A stretch of DNA of 53,048 nt from assembly GCF_004010195.1 (NCBI RefSeq), contig NC_057718.1:94597205-94650252 (forward strand), read 5' to 3'. The DNA is from Chiloscyllium plagiosum (taxonomy: Eukaryota). Shown here one piece after another: positions 48,895-53,048 of this stretch. The notes beneath the pieces are model-generated. The model saw only the letters and a list, made by a program, of their open reading frames with translations, did no database searches and was not told where the DNA came from. The position numbers were made by a program, and so were the translations under genes. Position 1 is the stretch's first letter. Each line of letters starts with the position of its first letter.

Positions 48895-49032
48895 TTATAT
48901 TTAAATGGATATACGTATGGATGATAATGGAATAGTATAAGTTAGATGGGCTTTAAATTGATTTCACAGGTCGGTGTAACATTGAGGGCCAGAGGGTCTG
49001 TGCTGCACTGTAATGTTCCATGTTCTATGCTA
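48895..49032 (+). mobile_element. CR1 3' tail
   Basis: Matches 27780-27915 (gcactgtaatgttccatgttctatg). Confidence 0.8.
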
Positions 49033-49329
49033 TTAACTCTTGGCAAACTGGCAAAAGCAACATACCTGAAATACGGAAAGTTTACTGGATTATTGCAATC
49101 TCCATGATGTCCATGTAGTTAGTTCAGGGCACAAGTGAGAAGGCTTTCTGCCATTAAGTTTTTTTTAAGTGATTTATGCTATAAGTAAAGTGTAACTATG
49201 ATGTGTATGCCCACTGTAATGCGTTCTATTACTTAATGTGTGTTCTTACATTGATTATGAGTACATTGATTATGGAATCAACCAGTGCCTCCAGGTCCCA
49301 TATGTGCTGGATAATAAAAGGTTTACTGC

Positions 49330-50730
49330 ATATTATTTCATTGGAGGCAATTCAGAGAAGGTTCACGGGGGAATTTTCCTGTGAGGAAAGGATTGCAACT
49401 CTACTCATTGAACTTTAGACGAATGAAAGGCGATCTCATTTGGAAATATAGAGTTGTTAAGGGGCTTGACAGGGTAAATGCTGAGAGGATGTTTCCCCTC
49501 ATGGGACCAGAGGGCATAGTCTCAGGTGGCAATTTAAGACTGAGATGAGGAAGGTTTTTTTTTCTGTCAGAGGGTTGTGAGTCTTTCGAACTCCTTGTGA
49601 CAAATGGTTGTGGAGGCAAAGTCCTTGTGCATATTTAAGGCTGAGGTATTTCAGCTTGTGATCATTAGGGGAATCAAGGGTAATGGGAAATGAGCAGGAA
49701 ATGGGGAATGTTGGATCAGCCATGATCCAATTGAATGGGGGAAGCAGACTCAAGGGACTGAATGACCTACTGCAGTCCCCGTGACCAATGGTGTTCCACA
49801 GGGATCTGAGGTGAGTCCATTTTTGCTTGTCATTTATATAAATGATTTAGATGAGAATGTGGAAGGCATGGTTAGTAAATTTGCAGATGGCACCAAGATT
49901 GGTGGTATAGTGGGCAGTTGAATAAGGTTATCTAAGATTAGAAAGAGACCTTGATCAATTGGGTCAATGGGCTGAGGAGTGGCAGATGGGGTTTGATTTG
50001 GATAAATGCAAGGTTTTTCATTTTGGTAAAACAAACACAGGCAAGTAGGGCCATTAGTCGTGTTGTAGAACAGAGAGACCAAGGGGTTCAGGTACATAAT
50101 TCTTGGAAGTTTGCATCAGATATGGACAGGGTGGCTCAGAAGGCATTTAGCATGCTTGTGTTCATTGTTCAGATCTTTAAGTATAGAAGCTGGGACATTT
50201 GATTGAAGTTGTACACGATGTTGGTCAGGCCTCTTCTGGAGTACGATGTGCAGTTCTGGTCTCTCTGTTATAGGAAGGGTATTATTAAGCTCGAGAGAGT
50301 TCAGAAGAGATTTGCCAGGAGTGGAGGATTTGAGTTTTAAGGAGAGGCTGGATAGGCTGGGACTTCTTTCATTGGAGTGTAGGAAGTCGTGTAGAGATTT
50401 GTAAAATCATGAGGGCTTTAGATAAGGTGAGTGGCAGATGTCTTTCCACTGGGATGGGGGATTTCAAGACTAGGGGACATACTTTTAAGGTGAGAGGAAA
50501 AAGATTGAAAAAGGACATGAGGAGCAATTTTCTTACAAAATGGTTCGTGTTTGGTATGAACTTCAAGAAGAAATTATGGATGCGACTTCATTTACAACAT
50601 TTAAAAGACATTTAGATAAATACATGAATAAGAAGTATTTGGAGGGATATGGGCCCAGCACAGCTAGTTGGGACTAGTTTAGTCTGGGATTATGCTCATC
50701 ATAGGCTGGTTGTATGACTCTATAACTCTA
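49330..50730 (+). mobile_element. Two adjacent CR1 fragments (49330-49775 3' end; 49780-50730 RT to tail)
   Basis: ggtgttccacaggga (GVPQG), aaatttgcagatggcacc (KFAD.T); tail gactctataactcta. Confidence 0.9.
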
Positions 50731-51368
50731 CTCTTCTTGTTTCTTACGGGCTTGGGTGTCACTGGACATGGGAAATCTCTAAGGGGTACACTATTTATAA
50801 ACAGATAATGCTATAAATAATCAGCGACACTGGTGAAGGGAGAAGCAGAATTAAAATTCTGGCCTGTGATCTAATTTATATTTTACTTCAGATTTCCAGC
50901 ATTACCAACACTTTGCTTTTCTCGAAACTTGCTCCTGCTTTGACGCACTCTTAAACCTTGTGGATTTCTGTTCTTTTATCTGTCTCTGTGGCCTTTTGGT
51001 AAATTTTGTTTGACAAAGCTGCTATATTCCATTATATTAAAGGCATCAGATGTATGTAACACAACAAGCTGGTGTTGGTATAGGTGTGGTACAAATGTAA
51101 ATTGTTGTTGAGGTATTAATGGTGTTCCCCTCTGGCTCATTATTATTTCCTACTTACATCATAGCTTGCAGAAATAAGTTCAACAAACAGTGATTTCTCT
51201 TTAGAAAGTTGAATATTTCAATATTTTTAATTGTGCAATCAATCTTTGTGGAATCTATCATGAATATTGTAGTGCAGTAAGATGAGTTTAAAGATGATGC
51301 ATTGCAAGATTAATGCATTTGTGAAAAGGTAATTTTGTCTATCTGTTGTGTTCCATTCCCAAACTCAC

Positions 51369-51414
51369 CTAATGGCCAAACCTCTAGCTTCCGACGTGAC
51401 TGCGAATGTTTGAT
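51369..51414 (-). CDS. Candidate 46-bp internal exon (xQTFAVTSEARGLAIR, phase 1-2)
   Basis: Acceptor cctccccacttttggccag, strong donor tag|gtgagt, three CpGs; phase-compatible with 33492-33721. Confidence 0.4.
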
Positions 51415-51531
51415 CTGGCCAAAAGTGGGGAGGTTTATCACAGGAAACTGTGCCAAATTGCATTAATTCTATGGCTCACTGCTATTATTATAACAGGGCC
51501 CAAAAATACATTTCTCAGCTTTCTCATTTTT

Positions 51532-51600
51532 GTGGCAGCTGTGGCTCAGTTGGCAGCATCCCCACCTCCGAGTGTGAAGGTTGTAAGTTCAAGTCCCACA
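51532..51600 (+). mobile_element. tRNA-like SINE head (third family)
   Basis: A box tggctcagttgg and B box agttcaagtcc without a full cloverleaf. Confidence 0.55.
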
Positions 51601-51664
51601 ACAGATAGTGCAGCAATTTCTTACCACTAGAGCTCTCCACCTTAATGTGGCAGGCAGTTGAATT

Positions 51665-51980
51665 TGGGGCAGCAAAGTGGCTCAGTGGTTAGCACTGTTG
51701 CCTCACAGTGCCAGGGACCCGGGTTCAATTCCACCCTCGGTCTGTCTGGAGTTTGCACATTCTCCCTGCATCAGTGTGGGTTTTCTCCCACAGTTCAAAG
51801 ATGTGCAGGTTAGGTGGATTGGGCATGCTACATTGCCCATAGTGTCCAGGGATGTGCAGGCTAGATGGATTAGCTGTGGGAAATGCAAGGTTACAGGGAG
51901 AGAGTATGGGATGCTCTTCAGAGGGTTGGTATGGACTCAATGGGTCGAATGGCCTATTTCCATCTGCAGGAATTCTATGA
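51665..51980 (+). mobile_element. HE1-type SINE, full length
   Basis: tggctcagtggttagc, gggttcaattcc, core and tail. Confidence 0.9.
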
Positions 51981-52960
51981 AACTTTCATCTTTGTCAGAG
52001 GGATGGCAATTGATCCAAGAATTAGTTTTTGCCAATATCCATTTGTAAAATAACAATGATGACAATAATCATATTAATAGCTAGAAAATAGGATTAGTAT
52101 AACCAGATCTTTGTTAACTATCATTTGCACAATGGGCCAAATGGTCTCTTTCTGTGCTGTAGAGGTTTGAGTCCATCAGAGTCAACCATGCTGACTGGCA
52201 ACAGTTGCGGCCGTACTAGGTACAGAAGGCTTGCTCCTTTCTCTGAAGATTGCTAGGAGAATCCAGTCAGCTCTCTATTCCAATTTGGAAATTTCATGCA
52301 TTCTTTGCAGATTGAGTTCAAGTCCTACAACTTGCCAAGATGGAGATTTGATAACAATGTTGGTGCAGCATGATAAATGTGAGGTCATCTCCAAATGCCT
52401 CAACATTCTATAAATTGAGTGTTTTACTATGGAAGTAGTTGTTAAATAATATGAGTCACAATGCTTGCCCAATATTTTGTAATAAATTAATGTTGCAAAA
52501 TATTTCTACGTCAGTCAATAAGCAGACAGATGTTGATATTTAGTTTTTCAGTCAATGTAATTCTCAGTCATTTTTAGTCAATGATTTACAAAGGTCAACT
52601 AAATCAGCTGGCACTGAGGAAATAGGGCAAACTTTGTCAAACCGAATTATGGAAGTGTGTTGACCAGAATCAGTGTAGTCATCAGATACCGAGAGAGATT
52701 AAATATGATGAAGCAAGTTGCTGTGGTGACAGGGCTAATAAAAATTACAGAATACTTAATGGAAAAATATGGCTTGAAGTATTCCATTTGTCTTATCTTT
52801 AGGTAACATAGAACAAAATAAGACTGGGTCCATCACAGAACTATAAATAGAGGAAGAGCTTTAGGGAGGACAGACAAAAGTGTGTTCAGGGAGTTAAAGT
52901 AATGGATAAAATGGAGAGGTAGAAAGGTAAAGGGGATATCAGAGCCTGAAAGAACTGAAG

Positions 52961-53048
52961 AGCAGTAGCTCAGTGGTCAGCACTGCTGCCTCACAGCACC
53001 AGGGGCCCAGGTTAGATTCTAGCGCTGGATGACTGACTGTGTGGAGTT
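52961..53048 (+). mobile_element. HE1-type SINE 5' end, running off the window
   Basis: tagctcagtggtcagcactgctgcctcacagcaccaggg. Confidence 0.85.

Overview
This is a repeat-rich eukaryotic window, most likely from a cartilaginous fish. That is inferred from abundant HE1-type tRNA-derived SINEs and CR1/HER1-type LINE fragments. A large share of the window is decayed transposable elements: about 20 CR1-clade LINE pieces (one spanning ORF1 to the 3' tail with internal deletions), about 14 HE1-type SINEs and two further SINE families. There are also two Tigger/pogo-like MITE copies and several Penelope-like elements (PLEs) with GIY-YIG remnants. Most long ORFs in the track are broken pieces of these elements. 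No intact prokaryotic-type gene, CRISPR array, rRNA or tRNA gene is present. The more interesting signals are: (1) minimal hammerhead-ribozyme motifs (CTGANGA-stem-GAAAC-GTC) in three or four PLE families, including 170-390 bp fold-back insertions with their own 10-14 bp target-site duplications; (2) a phase-compatible chain of candidate minus-strand exons (51414-51369, 33721-33492, 32474-32430, possibly a last exon from 30399) of a gene I cannot identify; (3) local inverted-duplication scars, including a 102-bp, 101/102-identical inverted repeat and a ~108-bp hairpin beside the best candidate exon. I see no convincing wholly new biological system; the hammerhead-bearing mini-PLEs and the unidentified gene are the best leads. 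Repeat boundaries are read by eye and approximate unless a TSD is quoted. There are two N gaps (22536-22743 and 43646-44425).
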